Notes: generated by a model from the sequence alone, not told the origin. Counted from the first letter of the stretch, positions 1 to 10,713 are shown. The stretch is DNA of 64,000 nt from an uncultured Gammaproteobacteria bacterium (GCA_963797555.1 CAWCPV010000014.1:256001-320000), one strand, 5' to 3'. Program-made: numbers and translations.

Positions 1-1357
1 GCAGGTAGCCCGCGAGATCGTCTTGCGCCTGTATATCCGTTTCGCCCAGCTCCCGGCATAGCTCCCGATAGCGGTCCAGGCTGAGGTAGTTCTCCTTCAT
101 GCCGGCCAGCCGGTCCTTGATGGCGAACCAACTGGCGGGGAAGCTCGCGCGCGCCTCGCTCATGTCGCTCAGGGCCTTTCGGATCTCCTCGCGCAGATCC
201 TCTATCCCCATCGCCGGTATCCCCATCGCCGGCCGCTCGCAGTCGGTGCTCACGAAGCCGCGGACCTGTGGGTACTTGGCTCTCAGCGCGCGATAGTTGA
301 GCTCGAAGGACTGTTGTCGCTGCTTGTTGAGCACGACCACCACCGGCGAATCTCCGCCGAAGCTCTCGATGAGCTTCAGCCAATACTCCGAGTCCAGATC
401 TTCGCCGCCCTCCCGGCCGTTCAACACCAAGAGATAGAGGCTGCGCTCGGTGAGGAAGAACTGGTGGGTGGCATGCATGATCTCCTGCCCGCCGAAGTCC
501 CAGATGTTGACGCGTACCATGTCCGGTCCCATCGGGACTTGCCACTGAGTGATCTGTATGCCCGGGGTCTTGCCCTCGTCCTTGTCGAAGCGGTCCCGGA
601 CCAGCTGGTTGACCAGCGAGGTTTTGCCGACACCGCCGCGACCCACCAGGATGAGCTTCGCCTCATTGAGCGCGCGGCTGCCGCCCCGTGTGCGGAAGTA
701 ATACTTGAGGATCTCTGCCGGGGCGGCTGGCTGCGCTCTTTCGTCCCCCTGCTTTTCTTGAGAGGACCTGAGGACATCCATGCGACTCGGTCCGAGGATC
801 GACGGCGGCAAGCCCAGAAGTTCGTTCTCGTGCAGGTATAGCTCTCGCAGCGAGGGCAGCCGACCCGGAGAAAGAGCCTCGGGCAGGGCGGCGAGCTGGT
901 TGCGCGAGATATCCAGCTCTTGGAGCTGGATGAGCTGGCCGATAGCCTCGGGCAGGGCGGTGAGCTGGTTGTGCGCGACATTGAGTGATTGGAGCTGGGT
1001 GAGCCGGCCGAGGGCCTCGGGCAGAGCGGTGAGCTGATTGCCCCAGACATGGAGTGACGGCAGTTGGGTGAGCCGGCCGAGGAGCTCGGGCAAGGCGGTG
1101 AGCTGGTTGGCCCAGACATCGAGTTCCTGGAGTTGGGTGAGCCGGCCGATGGCCTCGGGCAGGGCGGTGAGCTGGTTGTCCGCGACATTGAGTGATTGGA
1201 GCTGGGTGAGTTCTCCAACCGACGCGGGCAACTCCATCAGTCCCAGCCCCCGCAGATCCAGCTCCCGACTGCCCGCCCTTCCCGCCTCAGCGATGCGGTG
1301 CTTGGCGATGATTTCCGGTGACTCGCGTTCTTGGCCTTTCTCGGGCTCTTTGCTCAT
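1..1357 (-). CDS. Leucine-rich repeat Roc-COR (Roco) GTPase, 5' part; runs off the window start
   Basis: Manual translation from ATG at 1357 (absent from the ORF track because there is no stop in the window): 23-aa LRRs (LTQLQSLNVADNQLTALPEAIGR), P-loop GRGGVGKTS, WDFGGQEIMHATHQFFL, VVVLNK, then the COR start FPASWFAIK. Confidence 0.9.
   Translation of the reverse strand, partial: MSKEPEKGQERESPEIIAKHRIAEAGRAGSRELDLRGLGLMELPASVGELTQLQSLNVADNQLTALPEAIGRLTQLQELDVWANQLTALPELLGRLTQLPSLHVWGNQLTALPEALGRLTQLQSLNVAHNQLTALPEAIGQLIQLQELDISRNQLAALPEALSPGRLPSLRELYLHENELLGLPPSILGPSRMDVLRSSQEKQGDERAQPAAPAEILKYYFRTRGGSRALNEAKLILVGRGGVGKTSLVNQLVRDRFDKDEGKTPGIQITQWQVPMGPDMVRVNIWDFGGQEIMHATHQFFLTERSLYLLVLNGREGGEDLDSEYWLKLIESFGGDSPVVVVLNKQRQQSFELNYRALRAKYPQVRGFVSTDCERPAMGIPAMGIEDLREEIRKALSDMSEARASFPASWFAIKDRLAGMKENYLSLDRYRELCRELGETDIQAQDDLAGYL
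880..1215 (-). repeat. 69-bp tandem coding repeats (LRR units)
   Basis: About five recurrences of gcctcgggcagggcggtgagctggttg and agctgggtgagccggccga with 69-nt period; boundaries approximate. Confidence 0.85.
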
Positions 1358-1390
1358 GGTGCTTCCCTGGTTCATTTGCCAGAACGTTGC

Positions 1391-1418
1391 TAGGTCGGGT
1401 TAGCGTAGCGTAACCCGC
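1391..1418 (+). repeat. REP-like extragenic palindrome
   Basis: TAGGTCGGGTTAGCGTAGCGTAACCCG: CGGGTTA/TAACCCG stem resembling GTAG-type REPs; single copy in the window. Confidence 0.45.
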
Positions 1419-1752
1419 CGTCCAAATCTTCATTCGCTGCCCATGCCCTCTGGTAGGTCAACGGCGTTGACCTATCTCGCGAGACATTGCGCCCGCGGCT
1501 GGAGCCTGGACGTCAGTGCCTCGTTTCCTCCATGCTTCGTGGGAACCCCGCCGGGCGGTCCCGTGCCGAAGCCCTCTGGTGCGAAGAGCCGGTGGCCGCG
1601 AACCGGGCTGTGGGCCAGAAGACGCGCTGTGGGTGTCCCGATCCTCGGGCACATGGTGCGAGGCTGGACGACGGGCTTCGCATGCGCGACCATGCGGTCT
1701 CGCCGGGGCGCCTAAACCGGGCGCTCCTCACGGACCAACAAAGGAGATCGCG

Positions 1753-2561
1753 ATGAAGAACGAGATTTTCACGGCGACTGCCGTAGGCTTGCTCGGTTTG
1801 TGTCTCGCCGCACCCGCGTTCGCCGCAGGCGGGTGCGACGGCTTACCCAATCACGGTGCGCTCAAGGCGGCGCTCGCTGCAGCGGTCGCGGCGGAGAAGA
1901 GCGGGCTCGACAACCAGATGTGGGCGACGCTCGTGGACCGGGATGGAGTCGTCTGCGCGGTAGCGTTCTCCGGCACGAACCGCGCCGCCCAGTGGCCCGG
2001 CAGCCGCCTGATCTCGGCGCAGAAGGCCAATACCGCCAACGCCTTCAGCCTGGATGCGGCTCTTCGAGCAGCGGCTCGGGCCAGCCCAAGGGCTTGGCCC
2101 TGTCCACCGCGAACCTCTATTCGGCGGTCCAGCCGGGGGGGAACCTTTACGGCTTGCAGCAGAGCAATCCGGTCAACACTGACGTTGCGTATCGCGGCAA
2201 TCCGGCCCTGTTCGGCATGGGGACAGACCCGATGGTGGGCGGCCGCATCGGCGGCGTGAACGTGTTCGGCGGCGGCCTTGCGCTCTACGGCGCCGGAGGG
2301 AAGCTGCTCGGGGGTCTCGGGGTGAGCGGCGACACCTCTTGTGCCGACCATGATATTGGCTGGCGAGTGCGGAAGAACTTGGGCCTGGACCACCTGAAGG
2401 GGATCGCGGGCGTATCCGGCGATGCCGAGCGCCCGGATAATATCGTCTTCGACATCACTCCGAATCCGGCCGGAGGCACCGGGACAAGCGCTGGAGGCTT
2501 CGGCCATCCCAAGTGTATGAACACTGCAGACCCGGCCATGCTGCCAGCAGTCCAGCCGTAG
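1753..2561 (+). CDS. Exported GlcG/HbpS-like heme-binding protein (frameshift near 2058)
   Basis: RBS AAGGAG and ATG 1753, signal peptide, motifs VDRDG, SAQKANTA, GGVNVFGGGLALY, GGLGVSGDTSCADH split over two frames. Confidence 0.75.
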
Positions 2562-2703
2562 CTTGGCTCCAAGCCGCTATCGAGTCGATGACGCGCGGGC
2601 TTCGTAACGCCCGCGCGGGGAGAAAGAAGGTCAACAAGGGGTCCCGACACCCGCAGTCCACTAGCAGGCGTCCGACCCCAGGAAACAGCGAGGTCATATC
2701 GCT

Positions 2704-3663
2704 ATGCGCAGATCTCTAGTCGCTCTCCTCACGTTCGCCGTCGTCGGGATCGCTGCGGCCGAGCAGGTGCGCTACTTCGATCTGCCCCATGGGTCCGGTC
2801 CCCACGACGTTGCACCCGCCCCGGACGGTACAGTCTGGTACACGGCCCAGCGCCAGGGTGCGCTCGGACGGCTCGACCCGAAGAGCGGCCGAGTCGAGCA
2901 GATCCCGCTCGGCGTCGGCTCGGCGCCCCACGGTGTCATCGTTGGACCGGACGGCGCAGCTTGGGTCACCGACGGCGGATTGAACGCCATCGTGCGGGTC
3001 GACCCGGTAGCGAAGGCGGTCCGGAGCTTTCCCCTTCCATCCGGGCGTTCCTCCGCCAACCTCAATACGGCGACCTTTGACAAGAAGGGAGTGCTCTGGT
3101 TTACCGGTCAGAGTGGTATCTACGGAAGACTCGACACCAAGAGCGGCGCGATGCAGGTGTTCGATGCCCCGCGCGGCCGTGGCCCTTACGGCATCACGAC
3201 AACGCCGAGCGGCCGGGTGTATTACGCCTCCCTTGCCGGCAATTACATCGCCCGGATCGACTCATCCACGGGCCAGGCTACAGTCATCGAGCCGCCCACA
3301 CCCAACCAGGGAGCGCGGCGAGTGTGGTCGGACTCCAAGGGGCGCGTGTGGGTGAGCGAATGGAACGCCGGTCAGGTGAGTGTCTACGACCCGGTGGCCG
3401 GCCAGTGGCGTAGCTGGCGCCTGCCCGGTGACTCGCCCCGCGCCTACGCCATCTACGTGGATGAGGCCGACCAAGTGTGGCTGAGCGACTTCGGCGCCAA
3501 CGCCGTGCTGCGTTTCGACCCCCGAACCGAGACTTTCAAGCGCTTCCCGAGCGACCGGCCGGGCGCGAACGTGCGCCAACTGCTCGGACGCGTCGGCGAG
3601 GTCTGGGGAGCGGAATCCGGCACGGACCGGCTGGTGGTAATCAGGACGACGGGCAGACCCTGA
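2704..3663 (+). CDS. Virginiamycin B lyase (Vgb)-like beta-propeller protein
   Basis: Signal peptide and repeated blades (GPHDVAPAPDGTVWYT, APHGVIVGPDGAAWVT, GPYGITTTPSG). Confidence 0.85.
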   Translation: MRRSLVALLTFAVVGIAAAEQVRYFDLPHGSGPHDVAPAPDGTVWYTAQRQGALGRLDPKSGRVEQIPLGVGSAPHGVIVGPDGAAWVTDGGLNAIVRVDPVAKAVRSFPLPSGRSSANLNTATFDKKGVLWFTGQSGIYGRLDTKSGAMQVFDAPRGRGPYGITTTPSGRVYYASLAGNYIARIDSSTGQATVIEPPTPNQGARRVWSDSKGRVWVSEWNAGQVSVYDPVAGQWRSWRLPGDSPRAYAIYVDEADQVWLSDFGANAVLRFDPRTETFKRFPSDRPGANVRQLLGRVGEVWGAESGTDRLVVIRTTGRP

Positions 3664-3795
3664 ACCGGTCGCACCCGCGCGCGATCGAGTAAGGGGCAGT
3701 ACCATCCCTTCCGCGCCCGTCGCGCGGGGCTGGACCCGTGAGATCGCGGCACGGATCGGGGGGAGGGGTTCCCTTAGCAGAAGACCGCGAGGCCA

Positions 3796-5496
3796 CTAGA
3801 ATCCGTCTTGAGCCAGGGTTTCGGCAAGCTCCTTGTCCCGGCCGTATATGTCGTCGCGGAAGTTGACCGTGCCATCCTCGTCGACCCATGCCGTAAAGTA
3901 CACGATCTCCACAGAGATGGGATGAGGAAGGGTTACGGTTCGCTCCCTGCTGAAGTCGGTCGCGGCCAGCAGCCGCTCCCGATTCCAATTCTCATTGTCT
4001 TTCAAGAGGTAATCGGCTAAGTCGATAGCCTTTTCTATGCGTATGCACCCGTGACTGAATCCGCGGACGGCCCGTGCAAACAGCCCTCGACTTGGTGTGT
4101 CGTGTAGATAGACGTCAAAGGGGTTGGGGAAGATGAACTTCAGCCGACCCAGGGGATTCTTCGGCCCTGGATCCTGGCGGAACTGATAGGGGAAGTGGCG
4201 AGGGCTCACTTCGTGCCAGTCGATCGTCTCCGGGTCGACCTCCCTTCGGCCGGGACCCGAGCCCTCGAATACGCGAAGGTTCTCCCGGTCGAGATAGCCG
4301 GGGTCCCGGCGCAGTGCGGGCAGGATCTCCTTAATAGCGATACTTCGCGGCACGAGCCAGCGTGGATTGAGCACCATATAGGTCATCCTGGCGTTGAAGA
4401 CCGGGGTACTCAGGTAGGGCTTGCCGACTATGACCTTCATGGTCATCACCCGCTTCCCGGAGTCGAACAGCTCCAGACCGAAGCTCGGAATGTTCACAAG
4501 GATGTATCGGTCCCCGAGGTTTGGTGGGAGCCAGCGCCAGCGCTCCATGTTCTCCTCGATCTGACGCATCCGCTCTGCGGCCGGAACATTTAGCGCGCGA
4601 GTCGTTCCGGAGCCGACGATGCCGTCCGCCAGAAGCCCATGGCGCCCTTGAAAGCGACGCACGGCTTGGTCGAGCTGTGCGTCGAAGAGATCAGTATCTG
4701 CGACGGGCCCCGCAGTCAAGTCGCCGGACAGGATCAGCCGGCGCCGCAAGACCGGGACCCGGGCGTCGTGGTCGCCCGGTTCGAGCTTCGGGCCGGCGGG
4801 CACGACGGGGTACCCTCCGCGACCCGCGAGCGCCCGGTACCGGGCCAATGCGGCACGCAGTCGGCGGTACCCCGGCTGGGACGGACGCAGTGAGGCCAGA
4901 GCCTCTCGTACATGCCCGGAATCGACCGCGGCCGCGAGCACCTGCTCCGGCCCCCCCCCCTGGGGAATCCCCGGAGCCTGTCCATACGGGGTCTCGGGGT
5001 GAACCCGCCCGCGCAACATATGTGACGCGTATCGCAGGAACCCGTTGGTGAGCATCAGGTCGAGGTTGGCCAGCCCTTCCGCCGAAGCCTCGCCCGAGAC
5101 TCCCTGGCGGGCAGTGATGCGGGCCAGAGCGCTCTGCAGTGCCGTAACCTCATAGCTCTCCGGCCGCAGCCCATCGCTCGCGGCGTCGGCGAGCACGGCA
5201 ACCAGCTCACGCGCGGCGGGAAGAAGGCCTCGGTCGTCGCTCCACGCCGGTCGGAAGGCCCGAGCTGCATAGAACCGCAGCATCTCACCTGGAGGCCGCA
5301 CGGCCCCGCCATCGAGTTGGTCCAGCGCGGGGACCTCGAGGCGCGCTCGCAGCAACTCGCTGACCCGTGCCGACAGGGTTCCCGGTTGCGCAGGGTCAGA
5401 GGCATCCGTCAGCAGCGCGAAGAGCAGGAAGGCTGTCGACAGCAGTAGTCCGAGCGCCTTCGCCGGCGGCGTGTATTTTCCTCTACTCAAGCGCAT
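3796..5496 (-). CDS. L,D-transpeptidase, YcbB/LdtD type, with peptidoglycan-binding domain
   Basis: AVRRFQGRHGLLADGIVG, NMERWRWLP, YLHDTP...FSHGCIRI catalytic motif; start placed at ATG 5496 because the upstream ORF extension is antisense to an IS630 remnant. Confidence 0.88.
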   Translation of the reverse strand: MRLSRGKYTPPAKALGLLLSTAFLLFALLTDASDPAQPGTLSARVSELLRARLEVPALDQLDGGAVRPPGEMLRFYAARAFRPAWSDDRGLLPAARELVAVLADAASDGLRPESYEVTALQSALARITARQGVSGEASAEGLANLDLMLTNGFLRYASHMLRGRVHPETPYGQAPGIPQGGGPEQVLAAAVDSGHVREALASLRPSQPGYRRLRAALARYRALAGRGGYPVVPAGPKLEPGDHDARVPVLRRRLILSGDLTAGPVADTDLFDAQLDQAVRRFQGRHGLLADGIVGSGTTRALNVPAAERMRQIEENMERWRWLPPNLGDRYILVNIPSFGLELFDSGKRVMTMKVIVGKPYLSTPVFNARMTYMVLNPRWLVPRSIAIKEILPALRRDPGYLDRENLRVFEGSGPGRREVDPETIDWHEVSPRHFPYQFRQDPGPKNPLGRLKFIFPNPFDVYLHDTPSRGLFARAVRGFSHGCIRIEKAIDLADYLLKDNENWNRERLLAATDFSRERTVTLPHPISVEIVYFTAWVDEDGTVNFRDDIYGRDKELAETLAQDGF

Positions 5497-5504
5497 GGCT
5501 GGCT

Positions 5505-6412
5505 TCCCTGCGATGATCGGCAGCGCGCGAGAATCATTCTGCTGGCTGTTGAAGGACTGGATCAGAAGGCCATCGCCGCGAAGCTGGGCACCACGCGGGC
5601 GACCGTCGGGCAGTGGTGCCGGCGCTATCGGCAGCGGAGCTTGGCGGGGCTGGCGGATGCGCCCGGACGAGGGCGCAAGCCCAGGCTCTCGCAGACGAAG
5701 GTGAGGCGGGTGCTGGAGACGGTCGGTAAGCCGCCGGCGCATCTGGGGCGCTGGAGCTGCCGCACCATGGCTTGCCGCCGCGGGCATCTCGAAGGCGAGT
5801 GTGCAGCGGCTGTGGGCGGCCAATGACATCAAGCCGCACCTGAACCGCCAGTTCAAGCTGTCCAAGGACAAGCACTTTGAGGCGAAATTCTGGAAGGCGG
5901 TCGTGCTCTGCTGCGACGAGAAGACCCAGATGCAGGCGCTGGAGCGCACCCAGCCAGGGCTGCCCCTCGGCATCGGTCACCTCAGGACGCGCACCCACGA
6001 CTACATCCGTCACGGCACGCTCACCCTGTTCGCGGCGCTCAACTACTTGGAGGGCAAGCTCACCACCGCCCTGGCGCGCAAGCACCGCCATCAGGAGTGG
6101 CTCGCGTTTCTGCGCCGCATCGACCGGGAAACCCCCCAGGACCTCGACCTCCATCTTATCCTCGACAATTACGCCACCCACAAGCATCAGGCGGTCAAGG
6201 CGTGGCTCGCGAAGCACCCGCGCATGCACCTGCACTTCACCCCCACCTCTTCGTCCTGGATGAATCTGGTCGAGCGGTTCTTCCGCGATCTGGGCGATTT
6301 TCTCGCCGAAGGCAGCTTTGGCTCCGTCAAGGCGCTCGCCGAGGCTATCATCGCCTTTCTCGCTGAGCGTAACGCCCACCCCAAGCGCTATGTTTGGAAC
6401 GCACTGCACTAG
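5505..6412 (+). mobile_element. IS630-family transposase remnant (5' truncated, frameshifted)
   Basis: HTH RARIILLAVEG...LADAPGRGRKP, DDE motifs CCDEKTQMQALER, THDYIRHGT, LILDNYATHK, FTPTSSSWMNLVER; ends in CACTAG. Confidence 0.85.
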
Positions 6413-6548
6413 CGCGCCGGCCGGCCCACTGGGTCGGCTGGAAGCGCCGAGAGGGACAGGATTCGGGTGGCGCGGGGTGCGCACCTGGCCCTAGACGCTG
6501 CGGTCAGGACTCACCTGCACTTTCGCATCAATCGGTTGGAGACCGTTT

Positions 6549-6894
6549 CTAGAGCCCGTTCTGAGAACGTCAGATACTTCACCAAGGCATCGACATCGGC
6601 ATCCGGTATTGGGCACCCGAATACCTTGCGCATCTTTTCAACGCCCGCCTTCCACTTGGCGGCGGGCAGGGGCGGCTGTGTGTAGACATAATCGGCCGAG
6701 TGACAGATCAGACAACGGGCGCGTGCCAAGTCCTCCCCGGGACCTGCCTTGAACGTCGCGCTCTCTGGGGGTAGCTGGATGGAGACTACGCCATCCGCAC
6801 CCTGCGCGCCGCTCGAGGACAGGCCTGCCGCAAGCACGGCACTCACCAAAACAACGGGCGACAAATTGTAACTCACCCTGCGTGCGGTTTTCAT
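6549..6894 (-). CDS. sorB: Sulfite:cytochrome c oxidoreductase subunit B (monoheme cytochrome c)
   Basis: Signal peptide, CLICHSADY, MRKVFGCPI; one extra base near 6567 would restore the ending YLTSQNGL* (TAG at 6549); the ORF track reads on to 6511. Confidence 0.8.
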
Positions 6895-6905
6895 GACTAT
6901 CCTCC

Positions 6906-8167
6906 CTATACCGCTCGGATGCGGACGTTTTCGACCACGTTACGCAAGTAGCCGCCAGGGTTCCACCGCGGAGTCAGGCGCTGGGTCTCCCCGAGCCCGT
7001 TGATGGCCACGGACATCAGCTCGTACGAGCTGCCTCGTTCCGGTTTGAAGGCGGCACTCCACGGGCGGAAACTATACTTCCCGTAATCCTTTCCTAGGGT
7101 TGCATCCGCCCAGTGCTTGCCTCCATCGCTGGAGAAGAGCACCCGGAGAATTCCGCCGCCTGCGTCGAAGGCGATGCCATGCACCATGAGCGGGTGTCCG
7201 CCCCTGACCTGGGCGCCCTCCGCAACACTGGTGACGAAGGAGCGCACCGTCAGGCGATTGATGGGAACGGTCTTTGCCGGGTTCCGGCCGGGCTCGACAC
7301 AGCCGCAGGGATCGGCTGGGATGCGATACGCGGTCTTCATCCAGAAGTTCTGGTCTTCCTGATTCAGGACCTCGACATCGTTCAGCATCTTCACCCAGTA
7401 GGTGGCATACCATCCGGGCACCACCAGGCGCAGCGGATAGCCGTTCAGCAGCGGCAGCGGCTGGCTGTTCATCTCGTACGCGAGTAGCACGTCCTCGCTT
7501 AGGGCGACGTCCATGTCGAGCGCCTTGATGAAATCGGGCGTCTGCGGCATGACCGGACGGTCCAGGCCGTTGAAGCGGACCTGAACCGCGTCGGCCTCGA
7601 TGCCCGCCTTGCTCAGCACGTCACGCAGGCGCGCCCCTTTCCACAGGGCGTTACCCATAGCCCCGTTTGCCCACTGGCCGCCGGGGACACGGGGGGTGAA
7701 GAGTCCTCGGCTGTTACCCGAGCATTCGCAGACGGCAGCAAGTTCCACTGCATCGAAGTCCTTCTTGAGGGCTGCCGAGATCGAGCTCCAGCGGTCGCTT
7801 CACGCGCCCGTGGACCCTGATCCGAAAGGCGGTCCCGTCGACGCTGGTCGGTACGTCGGCCAAATGCCACCTCACGAAAAAGGCGTCGTTCGGAGTGAAC
7901 ACGGTGTCGTTGAAGATGTGGAAAGGGGTCTCGAGCTGAACCGGGCGTTCGGTCATGACCAGGAGAGCCCGCTTTTGAGGATAGGCGATGAGCGGTCGTT
8001 GTCCGTTGGCGAAGGGGAGTCGCGCGCTCTCGGCCGCGGCCAGGGCCAGCGCTTCGCGTTCCAGCAACGCCAATCCTCCGAGGGCCGCACCGACACGCAG
8101 GATCTTGCGTCGCCCCGGGTCGGGCTGGTCGTTTGAACGTCAGGGACCGGCGCGTTCTGTGTTTCAT
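6906..8167 (-). CDS. sorA: Sulfite dehydrogenase molybdopterin subunit (several frameshifts)
   Basis: RPVQLETP, FTPNDAFFVRWH, CECSGNSR, GGQWANGAMGNA, LPLLNGYPLRLVVPGWYATYWVK, WNPGGYLRN; directly upstream of sorB. Confidence 0.85.
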
Positions 8168-8245
8168 GGAGTCTCCCTCCACCTGTTCTTCGACATGAGC
8201 GTCCGGCTTGGCGGGTCGGGTAACATAGCCCGCTTTAGGCAGAGC

Positions 8246-8267
8246 CGGGCTAGTCTATTCTAGCCCG
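8246..8267. promoter_or_regulatory. Inverted repeat upstream of sorA (possible operator or terminator)
   Basis: CGGGCTAG-N6-CTAGCCCG perfect 8-bp dyad. Confidence 0.3.
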
Positions 8268-8387
8268 AGGGAGGCGCCGTGGGGAATTGACCGGGAATCG
8301 GTCATCGAGCATCGGCCCCGCAGAACCGCCCCGCTGAATTAGTTAATTATACGAACCTAGGCCCGTTGGCGCAGCGCCGGCAGCCCT

Positions 8388-8849
8388 TTACCTGAGCAAA
8401 CGCAGATCGAAGTTGAACGGCTCGGCTCTCGCGGCGCCCTTGACTGCGGCGAAATCGGGATGCGCCGGGTTGAGCAGGACGTTGCGCTGCTGCGGGACAA
8501 GCGTACTGGGCACAGCAAGCACGAGCGAAAACGCGCTCGCCGTCCACTTGTCTCCGATCACAGCCGTGGAGGACGACGGCGGATCGCGACGCCAGTCGGC
8601 GGGAAGCGCGGCGTCGTCCAGTACCATGACGGCCTCGTCCGGCAGTTCCAGGGTAAAGAGGATATAGCGGTTCAGCACCTCGCTGCGATGCAGATGCACC
8701 AGTAGCTCCAGAGCCGCCAAGGCCACACTGTCGGAGGCATACACCACGGCCACACCCTTGCTGTTCCATCGTCCTCCGTGCGTCCTGGCGCCGGAGCCGT
8801 CCAAGGCTGAGTCCGCATAGCGCTCCTTTATCAGGCGGTACACCCGCAC
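8388..8849 (-). CDS. RES-domain toxin (NAD+ phosphorylase type)
   Basis: VYRL...GGRWNSKG...YAS...ALE...VPS...NVLLNPAHPDF; coupled to the upstream antitoxin. Confidence 0.9.
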   Translation of the reverse strand: MRVYRLIKERYADSALDGSGARTHGGRWNSKGVAVVYASDSVALAALELLVHLHRSEVLNRYILFTLELPDEAVMVLDDAALPADWRRDPPSSSTAVIGDKWTASAFSLVLAVPSTLVPQQRNVLLNPAHPDFAAVKGAARAEPFNFDLRLLR

Positions 8850-9337
8850 TACGTGTACACGCCGTGCTCCAGGCGGCCAATCAGGTCCCGCACCTCGGCA
8901 GCCCCGGCCTCGGTGACGAGATGCTGCAACGGGCTATCGCCCCCCAGTGCCTTCGCGGGCTCGTTCAACCAGCGCCGCGCTGATTCCGCATCGCCTTCGA
9001 AGAGCTGCAGAGCGTCGCGGTAGGCCGCCGCGATTCGGTACACCCGGTCGCTTTCCTCCGATGACAGCCGCCCGGAGGCGCTTTTACGGCGGCGGGCGAG
9101 CGTCGCGGATGCAATCCCGGCGACCTTCAACACGGTCTGCTGAGACACGCGAAGTTCACTTGCGAGCTTCTCCACGGCCGCGACGCGAAAGCCGCGCTGG
9201 ACCTGCTGGACGAGCTCGGCTCGGTCTCGTATGAGACCGAGCCGGCGGAACACTTCGTTGACGGGAAGTCTCCCAGCTTCTGTACTTGCGGCGTGCTCGG
9301 TCGACCGAGGCTTGAAAGGTCTCGTAGATGCAGCCAC
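8849..9337 (-). CDS. Xre/MbcA/ParS-type antitoxin
   Basis: TLARRRK...LSSEESDR HTH, ARRWLNEPAKALGGDSPL...GAAEVRDLIGRLEHGV. Confidence 0.9.
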   Translation of the reverse strand: MAASTRPFKPRSTEHAASTEAGRLPVNEVFRRLGLIRDRAELVQQVQRGFRVAAVEKLASELRVSQQTVLKVAGIASATLARRRKSASGRLSSEESDRVYRIAAAYRDALQLFEGDAESARRWLNEPAKALGGDSPLQHLVTEAGAAEVRDLIGRLEHGVYT

Positions 9338-9399
9338 TGAACGTCCCCTAAGATTTCATTTGGAGAATCATATATGGTCAAACGGAGGCATGGCAAGGA

Positions 9400-10243
9400 T
9401 CACCACTGCGCGGGGCTCAACCACTTGGATCTAGAGCACGATTGCCTCGCTCCCTCACTGGTGGCAAAGATCTGCTTGTACGTCCGCGGCTTCACCTCGT
9501 AGTGGCGATAGACGTGGCGCAGGCCAGCCTCGAAAAGTGATCCCAGTGCGGCGTGGACCTCGTCGGCGTGGTGCCGGTCAAAATAGGTGGCTAACGGGAT
9601 CACATCCGCCAGGTTGTGCGCCGCCGTCGCATCACCGTAGACGACGGCCGCTTGTAACGCTCGCTCGGCGTAGCCCGAAATCGGAGCGGCGTTGGGCAGC
9701 GTTTCCTTGAAGTTGTTCCTCGTAGGCAACGCGCTCACCCCGTGTCACGTCGCGCGCCCCGATCTTCACTACTTGCGATACAAGCGGTCTGCCGTTGGCA
9801 TCGAATGTCTGCACCTTCAAGACCCGGCTGCCGCCGAAGCCTCCACCGAACTGCTGCAGAATGTGAAGCTCCTTCTTGTCCCAATAGAGCGTGCGAAGCA
9901 GGCTCTCTTCGAGCGCTGAGAGCTGGATATCCCCATGAAAGTCGAGAAAGACCGTGGTTACGTAAATAAAGCGTTCCTTCCCAGTGCGCTGACGAGGATC
10001 GGGCATGCGCCGTCACCTTTTCCGCTTGCTCACCTGCGCTCAATCGTATGCATGCTTTGCCGTCGGCATCGGTCGTGATTGTCTTGTCGGCGAGCCTGGT
10101 CGAGCGACTCTGGGCGAGCGAAAGCTGCAGCCTCACATCTGCCTTGGGATCTCCGTGGCCGTCACGAACCGTCAGCTCAAAGCAGGCTTCCTCCCAGTGT
10201 CGACCACCTGGGTGTCGGTAAGGGCTTCTATTGTGAGGGACAT
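9400..10243 (-). pseudogene. Fragmented gene: Ig-like segment plus kinase-like (TCAD9/phosphotransferase-like) domain
   Basis: Frames stitched by eye: TITTDADGKACIRLSAG; GGGFGGSRVLKV...VVKIG...E..AYEE; truncated next to the TA pair. Confidence 0.45.
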
Positions 10244-10713
10244 GGTTTGTTACTCCGCTGTCTTGGGGCCTTTGGGTCTCTTGGTCCCCTCTGTTGGGTC
10301 CGAATCACAGCTTGTCGCTCATGTCTCGGGAGGGGCTTTGCCGTAACCGCGCACCGCAAAGAATCCGGGCTGGGGCATAGCGCCGTCCCTCATCGGGCGC
10401 AAACTGGCGCCAGTCTATCGGGCAGCTCCGCACAGTGCCAATTTTTCGAGGTGCCCTCAACCTGAAAGGAGACTCGATTCGCAAGAAACGCTCATCCTTG
10501 ACCCAAACCGATCAGTTGCGGTAGAAGTGAACGGCCCTGCGTCGCTTGGCTCCGACCACCGATCGGCTTCACGGGTCTGGGTGATCACTTTGCCGTGGCT
10601 GGGAATCTGTGGTCTGCACGGGGGCAGTCTGCTGGCTTGCACCCATCGGGCGGTCGATTGACATCCCCTCTGGTCGCTGCCATAAAGACCCAGAATGCAG
10701 CGGGAGGAGGGGA

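Noticed and set aside
880-1215. Regular repeats that could be read as a CRISPR array
   Set aside because: 69-bp period, no unique spacers; they encode LRRs in frame.
3796-5973. 725-aa ORF as a long L,D-transpeptidase fusion
   Set aside because: The N-terminal extension is antisense IS630 sequence.
6439-6466. Minus-strand CGAATCCTGTCCCTCTCGGCGCTTCCA resembling a tRNA 3' end
   Set aside because: No GTTC T-loop, acceptor stem partner or cloverleaf.
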